Shown: piece after piece, positions 1 through 6,574 of the stretch
How the letters are laid out: every line of letters starts with the position of its first letter
Numbering within the stretch: position 1 is the stretch's first letter
From: a virus
Lineage: Duplodnaviria > Caudoviricetes
DNA length: 34,127 bases
Reading direction: 5' to 3' (one strand)
Virus record (IMG/VR): IMGVR_UViG_3300046786_000276
Coordinates: 1 to 34,127 of that record
Translations under genes and position numbers: made by a program
Notes under the pieces: model-generated
What the model was told of the DNA's origin: nothing
Database searches by the model: none
What the model saw: only the letters and a program-made list of their open reading frames with translations

Positions 1-363
1 TCTCTGGGCAAGGTAGAGGGCTTTGCCGTGGGCAATTATTGCCCCCACCTTAGCGGAGGATGCTTTGATCGCCTTAGCGACCTGGACGTGGGGCATCCCA
101 TTGTCGGCCAGGAGGTAGGCTCGAAGGCACGGGTAATCCTCCACGGGCTTCGTGTAGGTGCGCTCGGGCATGAATAGCTTCGGGATGGGTCGCCCATCAT
201 CGTCGAACTTTGTGCCGGCCGGGTAGGACAGGAGGCCACGACGGATGCCGTAGGCAACGAGGCTGTCTGCTTCGGCCAGGGCTCGGGCTGCCAGGATCGG
301 ATCGGCCTGGGGCTGGATCTCACCCGGTTGGACCTTGCGGGTCAAATAGTGCTTGGATGCCAT
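1..363 (-). CDS. Hypothetical protein, 3' end runs off the window, possible C-terminal HTH
   Basis: My own translation (not in the ORF track): ATG at 363, just after the stop of the upstream gene, is open to base 1: MASKHYLTRKVQPGEIQ...MPHVQVAKAIKASSAKVGAIIAHGKALYLAQR. The 36..323 ORF is a different frame. Confidence 0.6.
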   Translation of the reverse strand, partial: MASKHYLTRKVQPGEIQPQADPILAARALAEADSLVAYGIRRGLLSYPAGTKFDDDGRPIPKLFMPERTYTKPVEDYPCLRAYLLADNGMPHVQVAKAIKASSAKVGAIIAHGKALYLAQR

Positions 364-366
364 ACG

Positions 367-660
367 TCAGAAAGGCACGTCGTCTTCGGCATCGAATGCA
401 GGTTCAGGCTTTTCGGCCTTCGAAGGTGCGCCAGGATCTTTGCCGCCCTTGTTGATCTTCCGGTAGTTGCCAACGATGGACCCCTTGGTTCCCTTCTCCC
501 GGGCTTCCTTGCTCACGCCCTGGGACACGAACCCGTCGTTGCCGTACTGGTCGGTTCCGTCCTTGTTTGGGATCAGGACGAGGTCTGCGTAGATGCCCTT
601 CTGCCCTTTGAAAAAGTGGGCCTTGTCGAGTTTCGTGACGTCAATTTTTGCGATGATCAT
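367..660 (-). CDS. Small phage protein with SSB-like acidic C-terminal tail
   Basis: 97 aa ending DAEDDVPF, like the SSB-Ct interaction motif; ATGA-coupled to the DnaC-like gene. Confidence 0.6.
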   Translation of the reverse strand: MIIAKIDVTKLDKAHFFKGQKGIYADLVLIPNKDGTDQYGNDGFVSQGVSKEAREKGTKGSIVGNYRKINKGGKDPGAPSKAEKPEPAFDAEDDVPF

Positions 661-1409
661 GTGGTTTTGATTACGATTTGGCGGGTTGTTTCTCTCATTC
701 TGCGGAGCATTGGCTCACCGATATCGGGTCCGATGCGGAGTTGTTTGACGAGGGCTGCCCCGTCTAGATTGGTTGTGATTACGATGGGGCGGCCATGCCG
801 GTAGCGTCCATCCAGAACGTCGAACCAGATGCCCACAGTAGCTGGTGTCCAGGGCGCTTTCCCAAGGTCGTCGATAAAAAGAACGTCAGCCTCAATGAGC
901 CGATCCACGAACTCGGTCAGGGTGAACTTGCCACCCGCATCCCGGGCCTCGCGGTCGAACTCACCGGATGCCATGGCCCGGATGCGTTTGCCGTCCTCGA
1001 AGGATCGACGCAGCAATCGCCACACTGCGCGGGTTTTTCCATGTCCTGACTTGCCTCGGACGATGAGACCATGGCTTGGCAGGTCGTGCTGGATGACCTG
1101 CTGAAGGATCGGAAACTCGCCCAGCAGCCTCCCAACGTCCGTTCTGCCACCTTCATCGGTTGTGCGGAACTCCATTGGGCAGAGGGCGTCCCAGGCTTCA
1201 CGTCGAGCCCTTTGGCGTTCGGTCTGGTCATGCTTCCATGCCTTGTCACGTTCGATGGCTTGGCGATTGATGATGCATGGGTCGCAATACCTGGCTTGGA
1301 ATAACACCTTGCCCGGGTTGAAGGGTGACCGCATCACGGCCGCTCCAAAGTCCTGGAGGCAGGATTGGCAGGTCGAAGGCACTCGCTCTATCTCGTCGAT
1401 TGTTTCCAT
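657..1409 (-). CDS. DnaC/IstB-like AAA+ helicase loader
   Basis: N-terminal CxxC...CxxC, Walker A GKSGHGKT, Walker B LFIDDLG, IVITTN sensor; lies downstream of the initiator. Confidence 0.85.
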   Translation of the reverse strand: METIDEIERVPSTCQSCLQDFGAAVMRSPFNPGKVLFQARYCDPCIINRQAIERDKAWKHDQTERQRARREAWDALCPMEFRTTDEGGRTDVGRLLGEFPILQQVIQHDLPSHGLIVRGKSGHGKTRAVWRLLRRSFEDGKRIRAMASGEFDREARDAGGKFTLTEFVDRLIEADVLFIDDLGKAPWTPATVGIWFDVLDGRYRHGRPIVITTNLDGAALVKQLRIGPDIGEPMLRRMRETTRQIVIKTT

Positions 1410-1411
1410 GG

Positions 1412-2110
1412 TCAGAAGTCGGCGTTGTCAGCGGTTGCAGTTTGGTAGCGGTTGTCCCCAAGGCTAAGGCTTTGGGATCGCTCCCTCCATCGGGCAGCCC
1501 ACCCAGCCAATGCATGGGGCCATGATTTCATCGGCACCTTGCCAACCCGCCACCCGTTTGAGGCGTAATAGGCCACGAACTTGTCCACCTCAATGGAAGG
1601 CAGTCCGATCTTGGCAGCTTCCAGGTTCAATTCCTCACGGGTTGGAGGAACGAATCGACCTTTCTTCTCTTCTGTCTTTTCTTCTCTGTCTTCTCTTCTC
1701 TTCTCTTCTCTATCGGTTACCCGAACGGTTTCGATCAGGTTATCCGGTCGGTTTCCGTTGGGTTTTTGATCCGTTGGTTTGATTTGTTTTTTGGGCCTTC
1801 CACCGAGTTTTCCGTTGGTCCAAGCCGATATGAGTCCGGCGTTTGTCTCGGCCCACCCTCGAACGACAACCATGTTTCCGTCGCGTTCGAGATACGTTTC
1901 AAGCATTGCGTCCCATAGGGTTTGCGGGTCGGTTTCCCACCGGCAAACCGAAGCTAAAACGGCCGGTTTCCAGTCGGTAAACCGGTCGGTTTTTCTGGAT
2001 TGGCAGTGAGCCCACAATCGGATGACGTAGATCGGGGCAAGTTCTGTTCCGAGAAGGCGGACGAGGAGCCGGGTCTTCCAGTGGTCGAGGAAATCGGGCT
2101 CGACGATCAT
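1412..2110 (-). CDS. Phage replication initiator (replisome organiser)
   Basis: Probable start MIVEPDFLDHWKT (ATG 2110, GGGGGA upstream); NGKLGGRPKK motif, low-complexity linker, C-terminal FVPPT...FVAYYASNGWRVGKVPMKSW domain typical of phage initiators; followed by a DnaC-like gene. Confidence 0.75.
   Translation of the reverse strand: MIVEPDFLDHWKTRLLVRLLGTELAPIYVIRLWAHCQSRKTDRFTDWKPAVLASVCRWETDPQTLWDAMLETYLERDGNMVVVRGWAETNAGLISAWTNGKLGGRPKKQIKPTDQKPNGNRPDNLIETVRVTDREEKRREDREEKTEEKKGRFVPPTREELNLEAAKIGLPSIEVDKFVAYYASNGWRVGKVPMKSWPHALAGWAARWRERSQSLSLGDNRYQTATADNADF
1660..1781. repeat. Putative replication origin: ~11-bp iteron-like repeats plus a purine tract inside the initiator gene
   Basis: Minus strand AAACCAACGG / AAACCCAACGG / AAACCGACCGG / AAACCGTTCGG / TAACCGATAG followed by an (AGAAG)n tract; same placement as lambda ori within gene O. 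Confidence 0.5.
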
Positions 2111-2158
2111 GGCGTCCCCCGTGGTTGGTTGTGCGGTTGTTTCATGGAGCGGATGAAG

Positions 2159-2245
2159 CCCCAATCCAACCACCAACGGGTGAGAATTGGCACAAACCCG
2201 GCGCGTTGCGCGGCCTGAAAGCCTCCGTCAGTGGCTGGATTGGGG
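2159..2245 (-). promoter_or_regulatory. 21-bp RNA stem in the leader of the replication initiator
   Basis: Minus strand CCCCAATCCAGCCACTGACGG (2245-2225) pairs with CCGTTGGTGGTTGGATTGGGG (2179-2159); the three non-Watson-Crick positions are all G-U wobbles on this strand. Confidence 0.65.
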
Positions 2246-2260
2246 GTTCTGGTTTCATGT

Positions 2261-2309
2261 TTGTCATCGGGTTCTCACACCCGTGTCACCTTGCGGTGAC
2301 TGCTGACAA
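2261..2309 (-). ncRNA. Three-way-junction RNA, C4/CI antisense-like
   Basis: Minus strand TTGTCA-gca-GTCACC(GCAA)GGTGAC-a-CGGGT(GTGAGA)ACCCG-a-TGACAA: three perfect stems and a GNRA tetraloop; the second loop is complementary to TTCTCAC downstream. Confidence 0.6.
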
Positions 2310-2492
2310 TTACTTCGACTCGGTCGAGACTGCCATCGAAAACTTGTCATGGAACTCGGCCTTTGGGCGGACGTAGTTCCTGCCGTTGCGGGTGTAAACC
2401 ACGGCCTGGCGGCGGATCTCCCCGATGCGGAGTTCGGCCTCGGCCAGGAACTCGACAACGACGGTGGGCTTGTGTTTGGAGCGGTAGGTCAT
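2310..2492 (-). CDS. Small DUF1653-like protein
   Basis: The real gene is the tail of the 2310..3458 ORF: MTYRSKHKPT...AVVYTRNGRNYVRPKAEFHDKF; VVY..YVRP..EF..KF pattern; ATGA overlap with the upstream gene. Confidence 0.55.
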   Translation of the reverse strand: MTYRSKHKPTVVVEFLAEAELRIGEIRRQAVVYTRNGRNYVRPKAEFHDKFSMAVSTESK

Positions 2493-2734
2493 GGGGCGAT
2501 CTTTTGTCTGTAATGCGGGACAGGATACGAAGTTCGGAACGGCATTCGGATTCGGAACTTCCGGCCCTCCATGATACCGGCCCGGAGTGCCTCGGTGATC
2601 AGTCGGTTGGTCTGGGCGCGTTGCAGTCCCCACTCGGCCCCCCATTGCGCGACAGTCTTCCACTCCGGCGCCGGGGTTTGAATGGTCTGCTGGATCTCCT
2701 CCCGGATGCGGGTCAGAAGTTCGGAAGATTCCAT
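2489..2734 (-). CDS. Hypothetical protein, possible winged-helix
   Basis: MESSELLTRIREEIQ...WKTVAQWGAEWGLQRAQTNRLITEALRAG; overlaps the phosphoesterase stop. Confidence 0.55.
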   Translation of the reverse strand: MESSELLTRIREEIQQTIQTPAPEWKTVAQWGAEWGLQRAQTNRLITEALRAGIMEGRKFRIRMPFRTSYPVPHYRQKIAP

Positions 2735-3462
2735 TGTTTTTCGCCTTGGCTCCATTGGTGAACGTAGAGTTGAGCCGAATCGTCGGTGAACTCCCCGAAA
2801 ACGATGCCGTGCGACCAGGCGAGCGTTGAACGTCTGCGCAGGGCGTAGTCCATGGCCGCGGCATCGGCCAGCGTCCCAGGTGACAGGCAAACCGGGTGGC
2901 TTTCGGTCCGGCCGGTGGCCATTCCAGCGCGGTGGGCATGGGCCACGACGCAATCGCCCCAGGTCTCGGCAGAGTCTCGCAGGAAGTTCTCGCCGAAGAG
3001 AATCCCATGGCCCCATCGGAATCCGCCCAGCCGGTACCAAGAGCGATCCAGGACGTCGTGATGTTTGATGAAAACCCGGGCATGGCGTTCGATGGGTGCG
3101 ACCATTTGTTGCCAGACGGCCTCGGCGAACCCGCGGACAACCGTGTTGTGGTGCCGGGTGTATTTGAGAGCCCGCAGGTCATGATTCCCAACGATGAAGA
3201 CCGTGGGCCGGAGGGCATCCAGGAACTCAACCCCGCATCGAATGTCGTCCAGGTAATCGTCGGCATGGTCCGAGTCGTCAGGATTGGCCAATGCACCAGC
3301 CCGAAGGCTGGCCAGGTCGTAGGCATCGCCCAGGTGGATGACCTCGTCCGGGCGGAATTGTTCCCGGAACAAAAGGGCAGCAGCCAGTGCGTTCGGGTTG
3401 GCTCTGTTGCCATGAGAACACCCGACGGCCATGACCCGGCGGCGGGCGGTGACGACATTCAC
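2713..3462 (-). CDS. Calcineurin-like metallophosphoesterase
   Basis: Motifs GCSHG, HLGDAYD, GNHD, HG, AHAH. Start either GTG 3462 or ATG 3513. Confidence 0.8.
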   Translation of the reverse strand: MNVVTARRRVMAVGCSHGNRANPNALAAALLFREQFRPDEVIHLGDAYDLASLRAGALANPDDSDHADDYLDDIRCGVEFLDALRPTVFIVGNHDLRALKYTRHHNTVVRGFAEAVWQQMVAPIERHARVFIKHHDVLDRSWYRLGGFRWGHGILFGENFLRDSAETWGDCVVAHAHRAGMATGRTESHPVCLSPGTLADAAAMDYALRRRSTLAWSHGIVFGEFTDDSAQLYVHQWSQGEKQWNLPNF

Positions 3463-3531
3463 GATGATGACCCGTGGACCAGAAACGTGCCTTGGTTTCA
3501 AGTCTGCGGGCATCAGCGGGCGAGCATGGAC

Positions 3532-3783
3532 TCAAATCACATCCCTCCGGCGTTGTCCTGAGCCGATCAGCGAAACAGCGGCCCGGGTGATTCCGTGATC
3601 GTTTGCGATCTGTTTGATTGGCTCCCCACGACCCCACCTTGCGCGGATATCCCGGACAGCCTCGTCGGGCAACGGCTTGTGAAAGAGAACACCGTTCGTC
3701 AATTTCTTCGTCGGGACCAACGCATGAGTCGGCTGCGGCCCTAGGAGTCGGGCGATCTGTTCTGAGGTCAGCGTCGCGCTCAC
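3532..3783 (-). CDS. HTH DNA-binding protein
   Basis: LPDEAVRDIR...PIKQIANDHGITRAAVSLIGSG is a classic phage HTH. Confidence 0.7.
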   Translation of the reverse strand: MSATLTSEQIARLLGPQPTHALVPTKKLTNGVLFHKPLPDEAVRDIRARWGRGEPIKQIANDHGITRAAVSLIGSGQRRRDVI

Positions 3784-4076
3784 GATTTTGGCCCTTCAAT
3801 GATGTCCACCGATGAAACCGGGACACCGTGCTTTTTGCAGTGCCGTATCAGGTTGGACACCTGGTCGTCGAGAACCGAGGCCCTGTCGGTGATCCTGCGA
3901 AGGTGGGCCTTCAATGCCCGGTTCGTCTGCTCCTGGCGAGCGGTGAGATCGACCAGGGCTTGCATTCGTTCTGCGGCCTCGAATAGGGCAGCCTGAACAG
4001 CCCCATCGTCGGACTGGATCTGAGTCCCGATGATGCGGAGCGCGGAGATGATCGTGGCGGTGGGTGCTGGCTTCAC
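3780..4076 (-). CDS. Hypothetical coiled-coil protein
   Basis: GTG start overlapping the upstream TGA (GTGA); MKPAPTATIISALRII... Confidence 0.55.
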   Translation of the reverse strand: MKPAPTATIISALRIIGTQIQSDDGAVQAALFEAAERMQALVDLTARQEQTNRALKAHLRRITDRASVLDDQVSNLIRHCKKHGVPVSSVDIIEGPKS

Positions 4077-4312
4077 GGCTTGGCCTCCAGCTTTCGAATC
4101 AGCGCGTCTGCGTAGGCCACGCAGGTCGTAGCGACCTTGTCCGGATCTGAGTCGCACATTGAGTGGTTTCGACCGGCCGCCCAACCCATGAGAGCCTGGC
4201 CAGCGAAGTGGGCGCGGAGGCTCATGCCATGGAACGGAAAGTTGACTCCGTTGTGAATGTACTGGACCGCATGAGGAAACGCCGGCCCTCCATCATTTGG
4301 CTTCTCTTTCAT
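4073..4312 (-). CDS. Conserved phage hypothetical (DGGPAFP family)
   Basis: MKEKPNDGGPAFP...GMSLRAHFAGQAL...AYADALI, a widespread phage family of unknown function. Confidence 0.75.
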   Translation of the reverse strand: MKEKPNDGGPAFPHAVQYIHNGVNFPFHGMSLRAHFAGQALMGWAAGRNHSMCDSDPDKVATTCVAYADALIRKLEAKP

Positions 4313-4494
4313 TGCTTGGCCTCCAGTTGCTTGACCTTTGCCTTCAGCTTGCGGATTTCGCGGATCGCTTGTTCCGGGTCTGCCGTACCGAGTTCGGCCT
4401 GGAGATCCTCGCGGAGCTTCCATTTTTGGTCTGCCTGTCGTCGTGCGGTGTCGCGTTCTGCGATCAATTGTTGGATGCGTTCTTGGTCAGTCAT
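4309..4494 (-). CDS. Small coiled-coil hypothetical protein
   Basis: 61 aa, ATGA overlaps on both sides. Confidence 0.6.
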   Translation of the reverse strand: MTDQERIQQLIAERDTARRQADQKWKLREDLQAELGTADPEQAIREIRKLKAKVKQLEAKQ

Positions 4495-4637
4495 TTGGTT
4501 TTCGGTTTGCGTTTCCAGGGGCTGAGATTGTTGACGAGCCGATGCCGTTTGGCTGCACGGTAGGCCTCGCCCACGGTCTCCTTCGACATCGGGGCAGCGT
4601 CAATTCCCTGGAGCCTGAGCAACGGCTTTTTGTTCAT
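4491..4637 (-). CDS. Small basic hypothetical protein
   Basis: MNKKPLLRLQG...WKRKPKTK, 48 aa, ATGA-coupled to the lysozyme gene. Confidence 0.5.
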   Translation of the reverse strand: MNKKPLLRLQGIDAAPMSKETVGEAYRAAKRHRLVNNLSPWKRKPKTK

Positions 4638-4966
4638 CGTGAGAGTTCCTTTTCGATCTTTCTCCAGTACGGAAGTGTCGCTGGTTTCCGGTCTCCAGTG
4701 GGACCGCCATTCCATCGCCTAGCGAGTTGCTCGGTCGTCGCCCCACGTCCGTAGTGCCGAAGGTAGGCTTCACAGACGGCCCTTGCCTGGGCGCGGTTGG
4801 TCATCGACTCCCATCGGTAATTCGACCCGGTGAATCGGTTCACGTCCACCACCACGGCCCGGTGAATTTGGAGCGGGCCCAGGGCTCGTCCTTGGTCACC
4901 GATTGCGCTGTCACGTCCGCCAGATTCAACGGCGATCAGTGCTGTGATTAGGTTCGTCAGGTTCAT
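4634..4966 (-). CDS. Lysozyme-superfamily muramidase, i-type (destabilase)-like
   Basis: Start MNLTNLITALIAVESGG (catalytic Glu in ES), GPLQIH, LARRWNGGPTG and TLPYWRKI motifs. Confidence 0.75.
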   Translation of the reverse strand: MNLTNLITALIAVESGGRDSAIGDQGRALGPLQIHRAVVVDVNRFTGSNYRWESMTNRAQARAVCEAYLRHYGRGATTEQLARRWNGGPTGDRKPATLPYWRKIEKELSR

Positions 4967-4970
4967 GGCA

Positions 4971-5213
4971 TCAGAGGGCGTGGGTCCAGTATGCGGAAAT
5001 GAAATCGAACACGGCTTCGACGGCATCCAGGTCGTCACCATCAACGCCACGGCCAACAGGCTCAGCCAGGCGTTCAAATCGGATCTCGAACGGTGCATCG
5101 GCGAACTCTCGGTGCACCATGTTTTCGAGGTTTTCGAGTGCGCGAGTCACATCGGACTCGGTTGCGGTGCTGCCCCAGTAGCTGGGTTCGGTAGGAAGTT
5201 GGACGGTGATCAT
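4971..5213 (-). CDS. Small acidic hypothetical protein
   Basis: 80-aa ORF filling the gap in the early cluster. Confidence 0.6.
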   Translation of the reverse strand: MITVQLPTEPSYWGSTATESDVTRALENLENMVHREFADAPFEIRFERLAEPVGRGVDGDDLDAVEAVFDFISAYWTHAL

Positions 5214-5240
5214 GGAAGCATTCGGTCAGTGTTGAGATTA

Positions 5241-5265
5241 GCGCGTTGGCCAGTCGCGCCCCTGG
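5241..5265 (-). other. Intergenic H-type pseudoknot-like motif (copy C)
   Basis: Minus strand CCAG-GG-GCGCG-A-CTGG-CCAA-CGCGC: CCAG/CTGG and GCGCG/CGCGC are interleaved. Confidence 0.45.
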
Positions 5266-5320
5266 GTCGTGTTTGCCGTACCGACCGACGTTGAGTGATG
5301 ACGGTCACCCAAACCGCAAA

Positions 5321-5626
5321 TCAGGCGACAGGGACGGCCAGCGTGAACGTCCCGCAGCAGTTCCAAACCTTGATGCCATGGAATTGTCCGTCGTTGTAGG
5401 CGGTGAACGAGTTTCGGCTGCCACCGACGAACCACGCACCGGCTACCCCGAGGGTGTCCTTGTTGATCGTGCCGCGGGTTGCCTTGACGAACTCCGTGTT
5501 GCCGGTGGACCGCACTCCGTCTTCCATTCCGTCGAATGCGGAACAGCGGAGAATGTGGAGGTTGTCTCCGGCCTTCTTGATGAAGGACTTGACGGTGGCG
5601 AGGGTGATTTTCTTGGTGGTGTTCAT
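5321..5626 (-). CDS. Early hypothetical protein
   Basis: Real start MNTTKKITLATVKSFIKK (ATG 5626), 101 aa, first gene after a putative promoter. Confidence 0.65.
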   Translation of the reverse strand: MNTTKKITLATVKSFIKKAGDNLHILRCSAFDGMEDGVRSTGNTEFVKATRGTINKDTLGVAGAWFVGGSRNSFTAYNDGQFHGIKVWNCCGTFTLAVPVA

Positions 5627-5676
5627 TCGTTCGGTCTTTTGATTCTGTCGTGGCCTCCTTAGCCTCAACGCCCTTG

Positions 5677-5706
5677 ATTTAACGACGGAACCCGTTGCAG
5701 TGCAAC
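5677..5706 (-). promoter_or_regulatory. Putative sigma70-type early promoter with a palindrome over the -35
   Basis: TTGCAC-17 bp-TTAAAT, AT-rich upstream tract, perfect inverted repeat GTTGCA-C-TGCAAC (5694-5706). Confidence 0.45.
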
Positions 5707-5728
5707 AACTTTCGCAAAAAGATTTTGC

Positions 5729-5754
5729 CCGCGTGGATCGGATGCGCGGCCCCC
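5729..5754 (-). repeat. 26-bp direct repeat / pseudoknot-like motif (copy B), downstream of Tad2
   Basis: Minus strand GGGGGCCGCGCATCCGATCCACGCGG. Confidence 0.7.
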
Positions 5755-5763
5755 ATTTCCGAA

Positions 5764-6060
5764 TCAGTTCAGGATCTGCCAGTCCTCCGCGAAGATATCG
5801 CTTTGGGACGCGAGCCAGCCTGTCAAAACCTTTCCGTCTGCGGTTTTCATCCGGATAGACGGAAGGCAATCGAGAGCACCTCCAGCATCCTCGGCCAACT
5901 GTTTGAGGTGTGGCTCCTTGCACCATTCAACAGGCACCTTTGCACCAGGAAGCACCCAGAGGTACATGCCTTTTCCGTTCCATCCAGCACGGGACACACG
6001 TCGCCCGAGTTTCAACGCTTCGAGAGCCTGCCCGAAGTTCAGTTCAGTGGTTTGTTCCAT
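5764..6060 (-). CDS. tad2: DUF2829 protein, Thoeris anti-defence 2 (Tad2)-like nucleotide sponge
   Basis: LNFGQALEALKLGRRVSRAGWNGKGMYL...MKTADG...GWLASQSDIFAEDW is the DUF2829 signature. Confidence 0.8.
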   Translation of the reverse strand: MEQTTELNFGQALEALKLGRRVSRAGWNGKGMYLWVLPGAKVPVEWCKEPHLKQLAEDAGGALDCLPSIRMKTADGKVLTGWLASQSDIFAEDWQILN

Positions 6061-6070
6061 GGAAATCTGT

Positions 6071-6096
6071 CCGCGTTTTTTGGATGCTCGGCCCCC
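6071..6096 (-). repeat. 26-bp direct repeat / pseudoknot-like motif (copy A), upstream of Tad2
   Basis: Minus strand GGGGGCCGAGCATCCAAAAAACGCGG; matches copy B as GGGGGCCG-n-GCATCC-n5-ACGCGG. Confidence 0.7.
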
Positions 6097-6103
6097 GTAT
6101 TGG

Positions 6104-6574
6104 TCAGTCGTGGAACCGTTTCAGGTCGAGGTTCATCACGGGGTCCTGCGATGATGCCGGCCCGAGGATTACAATGCAGCCCGCTCGGGCTCCGTAGCAC
6201 TTGCCGATCTCCAGTTGGACGACCTGGGAGTCGTCGCGCCAGACCTGGAGTTGGGTGAGCGCGTCCATGACTGCCTTCGCCATGTTGTCGAGGTCCGGTT
6301 TGGACTCGTGCCACTTTGGAGCGTTTGGTTTCACGTCTCCGTGCCGGTTGAAGTGTGCCTTGGGTCGTGGCATGAAGAACCCGAGAACCAGGCGAAGCGG
6401 TCCCAGGAACTGAACCCGGTTCCAGTTGGCCTTGGCAGCCGCACCAACGGCGAGCTTCCATCCGTCGGCCGTCCCCGGGTCGTAGACGCCCGCGCGGTTG
6501 CCCCTGCGGAACGCCTTGACCCGAGGCTGAGCCTTGGGTTGGCCGACGACCACGAACTGAAGGATCTCAGCCAT
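6104..6574 (-). CDS. rusA: RusA-family Holliday junction resolvase
   Basis: GQPKAQPR, KPDLDNMAKAVMDAL and WRDDSQVV motifs. Confidence 0.9.
   Translation of the reverse strand: MAEILQFVVVGQPKAQPRVKAFRRGNRAGVYDPGTADGWKLAVGAAAKANWNRVQFLGPLRLVLGFFMPRPKAHFNRHGDVKPNAPKWHESKPDLDNMAKAVMDALTQLQVWRDDSQVVQLEIGKCYGARAGCIVILGPASSQDPVMNLDLKRFHD

Noticed and set aside
1660-1711. (CTTCT)n microsatellite as a phase-variation tract
   Set aside because: It encodes the usual EEKRRE low-complexity linker of phage initiators and the frame is intact.
2261-2309. tRNA gene
   Set aside because: Only about 49 nt with two arms; no T-loop consensus, anticodon arm or CCA.
2310-3458. 382-aa minus-strand ORF overlapping the phosphoesterase
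   Set aside because: Only the last 60 codons look like a real gene; the rest is an alternative frame over two better-supported genes.
3480-3530. Hammerhead ribozyme (CTGATG...GAAAC on the minus strand)
   Set aside because: The core reads CUGAUGC, not CUGAUGA, and I could not form the flanking stems.
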